Shown: piece by piece, positions 48,375 to 56,471 of the stretch
Numbering within the stretch: position 1 is the stretch's first letter
How the letters are laid out: each line of letters starts with the position of its first letter
The notes under the pieces: generated by a model
What the model was told of the DNA's origin: nothing
The model's input: the letters and a program-made list of their open reading frames with translations, nothing else
The model's database searches: none
Translations under genes and position numbers: made by a program
NCBI GenBank assembly: GCA_934203105.1
Contig: CAKPYQ010000004.1
Location: forward strand, 11,336-75,335
Reading direction: 5' to 3'
DNA length: 64,000 nucleotides
DNA from: an uncultured Alphaproteobacteria bacterium
GTDB taxonomy: Bacteria; Pseudomonadota; Alphaproteobacteria; CAAHEQ01; UBA3637

Positions 48375-49472
48375 ATGTTAAAAGAGTTAGATTTACATAT
48401 AACTAACCGATGCACATCAAAGTGTCAGTACTGTTCATTTTCTTCTGGTCGGTTAAAATTAGACGAATTGAGTTTCGATGAAATAAAACAGCAAATAGAA
48501 GATGCTATTTCTCTCGGTTGTGAACATGTTCACATAACAGGTGGAGAACCATTACTGAGAGATGATGTTTTTGATATTATAGAATTTGTAATATCAAAAA
48601 AACTTAAGGCTAGATTACAAACCAACGGAACATTACTAGATACAGAAAAAATCAAACGATTACAAAATATTGGTTTAAAATCAATCATGATTAGCCTTGA
48701 TTCTTACCTTGAAAATATTCATGATCAGACAAGAGGAAAAGGAACTTATAAAACAACACTATCTGCAATTAAATCTATTTTAAAAACAGATATTTCATTA
48801 CGAGTCAATTCTGTTATTACAAAAGTTAATTATCAGAGTATTTATAAAACGATAAAGTTTCTTTATGATATGGGAATAAAAAATTATTCTGCTTTTTATT
48901 TTTCTCCTATTGGTGTGGGACGATCTCGTATAGAGGATTGGCTTTCTCCAATAGAATATAAAAACTTTTGGAACGAACTAAATCAAAAAATAAAAGAACA
49001 AAAATATTTGTTTCCAGATATGAATATAGTTATTGAAAAAGGTTATGCTGATTGGAATGAAGCACGAAAAATAGATGTGAGCAATTTTTCTGGATGCGGT
49101 GGTGGATGTATGAATTCATACGAAAAAAGAGAATATCTTATTTTAAGGAGTGATGGAAATGTTTATCCATGTATTATGGCAATCGACGGCATTCCTTTAG
49201 GAAATGTGAGACAAACGTCTCTAAAAGATATTCATGAGAACTCTTCTGTGTGGTCAAACATGTGCCTTAAAAATGATCCAGAATGTATTGATTGTGAGCA
49301 TTTTAAACTTTGTGGAGAAGGTTGTAGATTTTATCCCGATATACCTGATACAAAAAAAATGCTTCACGATCATAGATGCATAAAGGGACAAATTGTTCCT
49401 CTATGTCCCATTATGAAGTATAATATGTTAAATGAACGACTAGGAGGGTCTTCAGATGATGTAATGGAGTAA
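48375..49472 (+). CDS. radical SAM enzyme with SPASM-like C-terminal domain
   Basis: The Cx3Cx2C motif is ITNRCTSKCQYCSF and the GG motif is HITGGEPL. The C-terminal Cys clusters are CGGGCMNSY and CIDCEHFKLCGEGCRFY. Confidence 0.8.
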   Translation: MLKELDLHITNRCTSKCQYCSFSSGRLKLDELSFDEIKQQIEDAISLGCEHVHITGGEPLLRDDVFDIIEFVISKKLKARLQTNGTLLDTEKIKRLQNIGLKSIMISLDSYLENIHDQTRGKGTYKTTLSAIKSILKTDISLRVNSVITKVNYQSIYKTIKFLYDMGIKNYSAFYFSPIGVGRSRIEDWLSPIEYKNFWNELNQKIKEQKYLFPDMNIVIEKGYADWNEARKIDVSNFSGCGGGCMNSYEKREYLILRSDGNVYPCIMAIDGIPLGNVRQTSLKDIHENSSVWSNMCLKNDPECIDCEHFKLCGEGCRFYPDIPDTKKMLHDHRCIKGQIVPLCPIMKYNMLNERLGGSSDDVME

Positions 49473-50450
49473 TTATCTACAGTTACATTGTCTTTCCCCG
49501 AGTATAAAACTAATTGTATTTTGAGACGCGATTCTTCTTCGTAATGGTTGTGCTAACCCTTTTAATAAAGTTACTTCATCTTGATAAGTTGTAACATCTT
49601 TTGGGGTTGTTGTCGCTAGTTTTGCGGTATAGTTATACGGCATATCTGTTCCCCATATTAGATTATCGGGTAAAACTTCGTATAAATATCTTAAAACGTT
49701 TAATGGATCATCTTTATTAATTTTAAATGTTGCTTTATGGATATCTTTATTTTTTAAAAAATCGGCATATAGACCCAAAAAAGGACATAAATCAACATAT
49801 AAATTTGGTAATGGATGATTAGAGAGCATTTCAAAGAAAGGTTTATTAAATCGTCCGATGTGGGCTGCACAAATTCTCAGGTGCGGGATGCTTTTCGCCA
49901 ATTTATAAATATTAACAGCCGACGTCATATCATCTTTTCCAGAATGAATCAATAATGGCAAATTATTGTCTTCAAGGAATTGAATTAATTTTGGATGTTT
50001 CAAAATATCTAAAGCGGTGTGCTGATCGCAAAAGGTATGATATTTTAAACCATATATTTCATGATGTTTATTTAATGCTTTTAAATTTTCTACTTGTTCA
50101 GAAACATTAGCATTTAAACTAAAACCCATAAAAGGTAAGATTCGTTCTGTTCCAAAATGTTCTATCTGTTCAACTAAATTTCTGTTTTCAATTTCAAACG
50201 GCAACTTACATAAATTTGACGGCCTAAAATTAAAACCATTGAGGTAACTAGTTATATCATAAAAAAGAGTATTTGGAAAAGGAAAAGTGATAGCAAAATC
50301 AATTTCATTTTCTTTAATAGTTTTTTCTAAATTTACAACATTCTGATTGGTTGGATTTAAGCCATTTACAGTATTATAAAAATCCATTCCGCTACAATGC
50401 GTATGACAGTCTATCAGTTTTTCGCTTAAATCATCTATTTTCTTTTTCAT
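49473..50450 (-). CDS. metal-dependent TIM-barrel amidohydrolase family protein
   Basis: The N-terminal HxH-type motif is IDCHTHC. Later conserved His/Asp residues are present (AAHIGRF, WGTDMPY). The protein is 325 aa. Confidence 0.55.
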   Translation of the reverse strand: MKKKIDDLSEKLIDCHTHCSGMDFYNTVNGLNPTNQNVVNLEKTIKENEIDFAITFPFPNTLFYDITSYLNGFNFRPSNLCKLPFEIENRNLVEQIEHFGTERILPFMGFSLNANVSEQVENLKALNKHHEIYGLKYHTFCDQHTALDILKHPKLIQFLEDNNLPLLIHSGKDDMTSAVNIYKLAKSIPHLRICAAHIGRFNKPFFEMLSNHPLPNLYVDLCPFLGLYADFLKNKDIHKATFKINKDDPLNVLRYLYEVLPDNLIWGTDMPYNYTAKLATTTPKDVTTYQDEVTLLKGLAQPLRRRIASQNTISFILGERQCNCR

Positions 50451-50511
50451 TTTATTGCACCTTATGATTAAAACTAAAACAATGAGATTTTAACACAAAA
50501 ATTAAGAAAAG

Positions 50512-50991
50512 TCAATAGATATATCCATTGTCTATTTTTATAAAAGATTCATCTGCAATTGGTTCTTCAAACTGTTTTTTCAGTTCATCGAAATGTTTTA
50601 AATTGTGAATTGCAATGGCTCCACTTCTTTTAGAAATTCTTTCTTTTAAAACAGCATCCGGAGCATAAATATAATGAATAATCGGGAAAAAGCCTAACTC
50701 AAGTGCTTTTTTTATGGCTTCTTTCCGACTTTCCGTTGTCCAAAACCCCATATCAAAAATAACAGATTTATTTTGTTTGGCATATTCAGAGGCTTTTTCC
50801 CATAGCAGAGCGATTGTTTTTGAAAAGCACTCATCCCAATTTTCTTCATATTCTGTTTTATCGAATAATTCCATACAGTACTGGTCTGGATTTAAATGAA
50901 TAGCTCCCGTTTCTTTTGAAAGTTTTTGGGAATAAGTTGTTTTTCCAGCCCCTAAAAATCCACAAATAAGGTAACACACGGGAACTGTCAT
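50512..50991 (-). CDS. P-loop kinase-like NTPase (AAA_33/zeta-toxin-like fold)
   Basis: Walker A is GFLGAGKTT. The protein is 159 aa. Confidence 0.55.
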   Translation of the reverse strand: MTVPVCYLICGFLGAGKTTYSQKLSKETGAIHLNPDQYCMELFDKTEYEENWDECFSKTIALLWEKASEYAKQNKSVIFDMGFWTTESRKEAIKKALELGFFPIIHYIYAPDAVLKERISKRSGAIAIHNLKHFDELKKQFEEPIADESFIKIDNGYIY

Positions 50992-51404
50992 TTATGAATC
51001 TCCCATTGTTTTACAATTTCTTTTAAAAATGCATCCAATTTGGGATCATCTTTTGTTGTCCAATCATAGACCACATGTTCCGAACTTAAAGTAATTTTTG
51101 GTTTGCTTTGCAATTCAACTTTATAATTTAGTTGCAAGTATCTTTCGGTTTTATCTTCATTCATAAACTCCTCGGAAATACCAATCAGTTCCTTTTTGTT
51201 ATGTGTGATATCAATACCGATTTCTTCTTTTATTTCACGAATTAAAGCATTTTCTATAGTTTCAGATGCCTCCACACCACCACCAGGGAACTCCCAACAG
51301 TTAGGCAAAAAATCATCTGTTTCAGATCGCTTGATAATCAAAAAACGACCTTTATGAATAATCATCCCACAAACACATAATTTAGTTTTTTGTGCCATTT
51401 TCAT
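50988..51404 (-). CDS. NUDIX hydrolase
   Basis: The Nudix box is GGGVEASETIENALIREIKEEIGI (GX5EX7REUXEEXGU). Confidence 0.8.
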   Translation of the reverse strand: MKMAQKTKLCVCGMIIHKGRFLIIKRSETDDFLPNCWEFPGGGVEASETIENALIREIKEEIGIDITHNKKELIGISEEFMNEDKTERYLQLNYKVELQSKPKITLSSEHVVYDWTTKDDPKLDAFLKEIVKQWEIHK

Positions 51405-51838
51405 CCCCTTTCCGAATAATATTTTTTAGTCCAAATACTTTGCAAAGCCTGCAATGTGGTTGGAGCGATTTTTTCAAATGGTAAATTATCCTTTCTAAAA
51501 AATTGCATATCGGCACATTTAGACGGTTCTAGATTTTGCAATTCACCTTTAAAATCTTTTATAAGGAAATACAAATCCATCCGTTTGTTTTCACCGACTA
51601 GATTATGAACGATGTGAGCAAACACAACCTCTTTAACATCTACATCTATGCCCAGTTCTTCTTTGGCTTCTCGGACAACGGCTTGAGACGCGGTTTCATT
51701 TTCTTCTATATGACCGGCCGGCAATACCCACCACCCATCTTTAAAATAACCGTCCGTCCGATAGAACAACAAGATTTTATTGTCTTGCTCCAAAATAAAA
51801 CTGACAGTGGCATTAAACTTGATCCGTTCAGACATCAC
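51401..51838 (-). CDS. NUDIX hydrolase
   Basis: The Nudix box is AGHIEENETASQAVVREAKEELGI. Confidence 0.8.
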   Translation of the reverse strand: MMSERIKFNATVSFILEQDNKILLFYRTDGYFKDGWWVLPAGHIEENETASQAVVREAKEELGIDVDVKEVVFAHIVHNLVGENKRMDLYFLIKDFKGELQNLEPSKCADMQFFRKDNLPFEKIAPTTLQALQSIWTKKYYSERG

Positions 51839-51889
51839 TTCCTCCGTTTAGACTAAATTATAAAACATCTTAAAAAGAAAGTCAAAAAA

Positions 51890-52435
51890 TTAAATGCTTT
51901 CTATCATTTCAACAGGTTTGTTTTCTTTTTTTTTTGCTTTCTCTAATAAAATGGGCAAGTATTTCTTTTCGTATTCATGACTCCACCGTAAAAGACGAAA
52001 AAGCGTAATCGGATTTTCACGGTGTTTTTTAGGCTCAATATGAAACATTCGGCGGAGAGAACGTTTTATTATTCGATACTGCCTTAGTCGGCGGGGCGGT
52101 TTTAAAATTATGACTTTATCGGCTTGTTCAATAACGGGTATAATCCAATCTTGAAAATAGACCCCTTCTAAAATCCAATTTTTATTTTCAGATAAAATTT
52201 GATTTAACAGAGCCAATCTTTCTTCTTTGGGACGACGCAGATTAAATGCATTCGGACGGTTAATCCACTTAACCTCATCCAAATCAAAACAAGGTATATT
52301 TAATTCTTGCGATAATTTTTTGGCATAAGTGGTTTTGCCACTCCCCGGTCCACCTGAAATATAAATTTTAGGCATAAACTTCCTCCCATTTATAGCCTTG
52401 GATTTTGCGTTCCAAGTTCCAATCCGTTTGCCCAT
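51890..52435 (-). CDS. P-loop NTPase, adenylate-kinase/topology-modulation-protein-like
   Basis: Walker A is ISGGPGSGKTTYAKKL at the N-terminus. The protein is 181 aa. A paralog lies at 57840..58343. Confidence 0.6.
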   Translation of the reverse strand: MGKRIGTWNAKSKAINGRKFMPKIYISGGPGSGKTTYAKKLSQELNIPCFDLDEVKWINRPNAFNLRRPKEERLALLNQILSENKNWILEGVYFQDWIIPVIEQADKVIILKPPRRLRQYRIIKRSLRRMFHIEPKKHRENPITLFRLLRWSHEYEKKYLPILLEKAKKKENKPVEMIESI

Positions 52436-52518
52436 GTCTGAGTAAATAAATCACCCGAAATCCTCCTCAGTTCTGGAAATAAGAATAACAAAAAAATCAA
52501 CCGATTTCAAGTTTATTC

Positions 52519-53010
52519 TTACCTATAATTCTTTTTCAAAACGGATGATTGGAATATCAAACTTCCAAAATTTTTTTCAGGAATATCAGATTTTATCATT
52601 CCCTGTTTCTGATAGAACCCGATTGAAGGTCCATCCTTGATTGTCCACACAATTAACTTATTATAGCCGTCTTGTTTTTTTAATCGGCAAATTTCTTCCA
52701 TTAAAGCGCTTCCGACACCTTGTTTTTGAAAGTCAGGATGAACATAAAGCATTTGAATTTCAACAGCTCTCTCTTCCGGATATTCAAGAGTTAAAAATCC
52801 AACAACGTGATTTTCTGTTTCGGCAACATAATATTCAACTTCTTTAATACGGTTGGCTGTTCGTTCTATAACCGCTTCATCAAAAGGCATATTATCCAGA
52901 AAGTCATTAGGTAAAAATCCTCGATAGCAGGCTTGGTAAGCATGATAGTGAGCAGACTTAATATCTCTGGCATCATTTGGTATCGCTTTACGAATTTTTA
53001 TTTGCATCAT
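52519..53010 (-). CDS. GNAT family N-acetyltransferase
   Basis: The acetyl-CoA motif is QKQGVGSALMEEI. The protein is 163 aa. Confidence 0.75.
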   Translation of the reverse strand: MMQIKIRKAIPNDARDIKSAHYHAYQACYRGFLPNDFLDNMPFDEAVIERTANRIKEVEYYVAETENHVVGFLTLEYPEERAVEIQMLYVHPDFQKQGVGSALMEEICRLKKQDGYNKLIVWTIKDGPSIGFYQKQGMIKSDIPEKNFGSLIFQSSVLKKNYR

Positions 53011-53872
53011 TTACTTCCTTTCTGATAATGATGTGAGGAAACCATTGTTCTTGAAATTGAACTTGTTTTTCTATCTCAGCATCAGAAAGATTCATTCCTT
53101 TTGGAACAACAATCAATTTGTCATCATCGTCATCTGTTCTGTGAATAATTGCAATACATTCTCCTGTGAATTTTTCTTGAGGTTCTTGAACACCTAAAAC
53201 ATAGGCATCTAATTCTTCGCCATCCCCAGAAATTGTATCTGGGATGTATCCATAATTTACAGGGTACATAAAACCATGTTTAGGGTGTTTAGAGCCCATA
53301 GGTCTATCCATTATAACAGATACTGCTCGCCCCAGATAATCCCTATTTGAACCATTTTGTTTTTGAGTAGTTTTGTTCACAAACTCCTTAATCTCTTTGG
53401 CGGTTTCTTCTGGTGTTTGATTGTCGTTATTGATAATAAAATCGGAATATGGACGATTCTGATACCCTTCCGCATACATTTGTCGAATGCGATTTCTTTC
53501 CCAATCGTCCAACTCACGCGTGCCACGATTTTTTAAACATTCATCTAAACTGGGTGCAAGGGTAATGTTCAAAAACTTGGTCTCATTATCCGCCAAGGCG
53601 TTCCAATCTTGATAAGTATTATCGGCAATCGGATAAGCAAAAATAACTGTTTCATACTCACGCAATTCTTTAAGCGTTTGCAATTTCTGATTCAATCGTT
53701 TATGACGTTCCCGCCAACCTTGTTGCAGGGATAATCCCAGTTTTTTCTGTTCCGCATCACTCATTAATTCATCCACTTCAATAAAAGTGGCTTTCGGTAA
53801 TAAGTTCACCAAAATCTTAGAAACCGTCGTTTTTCCGGAATTCATTGGCCCGTTGATGTTGAGTATTAGCAT
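52988..53872 (-). CDS. fusion protein: chloramphenicol-phosphotransferase-like P-loop kinase + family I inorganic pyrophosphatase-like domain
   Basis: The N-terminus MLILNINGPMNSGKTTVSKIL resembles CPT MIILNGGSSAGKS. The C-terminus DRPMGSKHPKHGFMYPVNYGYIPDTISGDGEELDAYVLG...DDDKLIVVP aligns with E. coli Ppa [32 protein letters not shown]...EDAKLVAVP. Confidence 0.65.
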   Translation of the reverse strand: MLILNINGPMNSGKTTVSKILVNLLPKATFIEVDELMSDAEQKKLGLSLQQGWRERHKRLNQKLQTLKELREYETVIFAYPIADNTYQDWNALADNETKFLNITLAPSLDECLKNRGTRELDDWERNRIRQMYAEGYQNRPYSDFIINNDNQTPEETAKEIKEFVNKTTQKQNGSNRDYLGRAVSVIMDRPMGSKHPKHGFMYPVNYGYIPDTISGDGEELDAYVLGVQEPQEKFTGECIAIIHRTDDDDDKLIVVPKGMNLSDAEIEKQVQFQEQWFPHIIIRKEVNDANKNS

Positions 53873-53888
53873 AAGAACCTTTAAAATT

Positions 53889-54428
53889 TCATAAATCTGT
53901 TTTTAGTTTTGAAAAAACTAATACATCATGATAATCTCCCAAAAGATATTCTAGTCCACGTAAATTAGCATCTTGATAAAAATTCAATCTTTGAGGAACT
54001 CGTACAGAAGATATATTATCAGCATTACACCATATTTCGAAACGATGATATCCTTCAGAAAAAACTGCTTTTTCTAACAATTTAATCGCCTTAGAAACAA
54101 AACCCTTTCCAGTTTCTGTCTTATTTAACCAGTAACAACCTTCCGCAACATGACCATCATCTTTTATTTTGATACCAACCCTACCAACGATATAGCCTTT
54201 CAAGTTAAAAATGAAATAAAAGAACATGGTTCCAGCATTCCATTTTTGTTGAAAACCTTCTATTTCTGCAACTGCTTTTTCCATTGTTGATATTCCAGAA
54301 GTGTGAGGTAGAAATTTAAATTCTTCTTGATTTTCTGAAACAATTTTAGAAAATTCTTCAGCTTTTGAAATATCTGTAGCTGCTTTTAATGTAAAATCAC
54401 TATGTTCAATAATTGTTGGAAAAGACAT
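53889..54428 (-). CDS. GNAT family N-acetyltransferase (RimL-like)
   Basis: The motif is NKTETGKGFVSKAI. The protein is 179 aa. Confidence 0.7.
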   Translation of the reverse strand: MSFPTIIEHSDFTLKAATDISKAEEFSKIVSENQEEFKFLPHTSGISTMEKAVAEIEGFQQKWNAGTMFFYFIFNLKGYIVGRVGIKIKDDGHVAEGCYWLNKTETGKGFVSKAIKLLEKAVFSEGYHRFEIWCNADNISSVRVPQRLNFYQDANLRGLEYLLGDYHDVLVFSKLKTDL

Positions 54429-54515
54429 TTTATTCTCCTTTATAAAAAATGAGAATTTTTGCTTAGATTTAGTAATTATACAAAATTACATTTAATAATG
54501 CAATTAAAATCTTCA

Positions 54516-54710
54516 TTAAATTCCCCAAATTTCATCATAAACAAGGTTGTTTCTGTCTATTTGACGGATCGTTTCGGGGGTGTCATGCTCATAATCCGCA
54601 TAAATCGGCTCGTAAATCAGGCAAAAATCACCGTTTATATTTGTCGTGCAACCGGCGGATACGGTCAATATCGACAACATTATCACGTACAGTTTTAGCT
54701 TTTTGAACAT
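54516..54710 (-). CDS. o-spanin (Rz1-like) lipoprotein
   Basis: The signal peptide carries the lipobox SAGC. The protein is 64 aa. It overlaps the 3' end of an Rz-like ORF in another frame. Confidence 0.45.
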   Translation of the reverse strand: MFKKLKLYVIMLSILTVSAGCTTNINGDFCLIYEPIYADYEHDTPETIRQIDRNNLVYDEIWGI

Positions 54711-54849
54711 TTTCCAAGGTTCCTTTCATTGTTTTGACTTGTTCTTTATGTTTTCCTTTTTGGTAGCCGAGCAGATATAAAATTGCCAAACCACCGCCAA
54801 TAATCCAATATTTTGCTTTATTCCAAGCTGTCGTTATGAGTGTTAACAT
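54628..54849 (-). CDS. i-spanin (Rz-like)
   Basis: It is 73 aa with an N-terminal TM (WIIGGGLAILYLLGY) followed by a charged coiled-coil region. It overlaps the Rz1-like gene. Confidence 0.4.
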   Translation of the reverse strand: MLTLITTAWNKAKYWIIGGGLAILYLLGYQKGKHKEQVKTMKGTLENVQKAKTVRDNVVDIDRIRRLHDKYKR

Positions 54850-55220
54850 TATTTTTTCCTTTCTTTAACCCAATATCTCGTACTTCGCTTACGCCAAGCA
54901 CAATACCTAGTCCCATTAGCAGATATTCCCAATCCACGTTTGGGACACTAAAAAACGGGACAACCACACAATTATGGAATATCCCGTAGCATAAAATCCA
55001 ACCAATCGTTGGTATCCATTTCCGTTTCATAGAAGTGCAATTCCTTTCTGAATGGTTTCGGCCAGCAATAAGGTGCCGTAGCCTTTTCCTCTGAAAGCGG
55101 GACTGATTGCGCAACCAATATGCCCGCCGCGTTTTAATAGGGTGTTGTCAGAATAGGTCCTGATTTTGGAAAGACCAACAGGTCTCCCATCAATAAAAAA
55201 TATGTAAATTGTGTGGCTTA
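54850..55220 (-). pseudogene. degraded ORF fragments (GNAT-like remnant and small TM ORF)
   Basis: Minus-strand translation of ~55030-55200 gives ...FFIDGRPVGLSKIRTYSDNTLLKRGGHIGCAISPAFRGKGYGTLLLAETIQKGIALL*, a GNAT motif A truncated early. The overlapping ORF 54818..55114 is in another frame. Confidence 0.35.
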
Positions 55221-55224
55221 AATA

Positions 55225-55389
55225 GCCTGGCTGATTCTGAATGTGTTAAGCGGTTGCACAACAAATATAAACGGTGATTTTTGCCTTTTATATGAACCGG
55301 TGTATGCAGATTACGAGCACAACACCTCCGAAACTGTCCGTCAAATTGATAGAAACAATGTGGTGTATGACGATTTATGTACAAATTAA
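55225..55389 (+). pseudogene. inverted partial duplicate of the Rz1-like o-spanin gene, lacking a start codon
   Basis: Plus-strand translation ...AWLILNVLSGCTTNINGDFCLLYEPVYADYEHNTSETVRQIDRNNVVYDDLCTN* compares with the minus-strand gene ...SAGCTTNINGDFCLIYEPIYADYEHDTPETIRQIDRNNLVYDEIWGI. Confidence 0.5.
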
Positions 55390-55456
55390 AAGATTTTGTT
55401 TGCATTCTCTGGTATAATTTGATACTATACTAGATAGTAAAATTGAAAGGGGCGTT

Positions 55457-56338
55457 ATGTTAATACTGAATATCAATGGGCCAATAAATTCTGGTAAATC
55501 AACCGTTTCTAAAATTTTGGTGAATATGCTCCCCAACGCCACTTTTATTGAAGTGGACGAATTGATGAGTGATGAAGAGCAGGAAAAACTGGGGTTGACC
55601 TTGCAACAAGGTTGGCGGGAACGTCATAAACGATTAAATCAGAAACTAAAAGCTCTTAAAAAATCGCATGAGTATGAAACGGTTATTTTTGCTTATCCGA
55701 TTGCTGATAACACCTATCAGGATTGGAAAGCTCTGGAGGATAATGAAACAAAGTTTTTGAACATTACCCTTGCACCCAGTTTAGAGGAATGTTTAAAAAA
55801 TCGTGGTACGCGTGAGCTGGATGATTGGGAGAAAAATCGCATTCGGCAAATGTATGAAGAGGGGTATCAAAACCGCCCATATTCCGACTTTATTATCAAT
55901 AATGACCATCAAACGCCACATGAAACAGCCGAAGTTATTAAAGGTTTTGTAGAACACGCTTTATCGCCTAAACAACAATGGTTGCATTTAGTAGAAAGGC
56001 GTTGGCCAGCCCTATTGAATGGAGAAAAAACTTCCACTTTTCGTTTGAATGAAGGCTTTGTTCATCGGGGATTTTTGGTCTACAAAGATTGCCCAAAAGA
56101 ACAATGGGCAGAGGTGGTTTATGTGACGCGGGTTTATTATGTACCTTTGAAGCAAGCCATAGAAATTGATGGGTATGATGATCATACACCGGATATGGAA
56201 ACAGCCCTTAAACAAATGAAAGTGCATTATCCCGATATTACATTTGATACTCCGATTTTATTTGTTCAGCATTTAGGCGTTCCCGAAACAAAGGCAAAAT
56301 ACCCGGAAGAAGTCAAAAAGATATTGAGAGCAATTTAA
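55457..56338 (+). CDS. fusion protein: CPT-like P-loop kinase + ASCH (PUA-like) domain, paralog of 52988..53872
   Basis: The N-terminal ~165 aa are nearly identical to the minus-strand paralog (MLILNINGPINSGKSTVSKILVNMLPNATFIEVDELMSDEEQEKLGL...). The C-terminus WLHLVERRWPALLNGEKTSTFRLNEGF...EVVYVTRVYYVPL is ASCH-like. Confidence 0.65.
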   Translation: MLILNINGPINSGKSTVSKILVNMLPNATFIEVDELMSDEEQEKLGLTLQQGWRERHKRLNQKLKALKKSHEYETVIFAYPIADNTYQDWKALEDNETKFLNITLAPSLEECLKNRGTRELDDWEKNRIRQMYEEGYQNRPYSDFIINNDHQTPHETAEVIKGFVEHALSPKQQWLHLVERRWPALLNGEKTSTFRLNEGFVHRGFLVYKDCPKEQWAEVVYVTRVYYVPLKQAIEIDGYDDHTPDMETALKQMKVHYPDITFDTPILFVQHLGVPETKAKYPEEVKKILRAI

Positions 56339-56471
56339 GAGTACATAAAAAATGAGGATAATTAATTTTTTTATAAGTCCACAATAAAAAATGTTCAATT
56401 ACCCCATTATCACATTCAGTAAGGCCTATTTCTTTGTATGTTTTATTCTTCTTCAAGTATAGCCTCTATAA

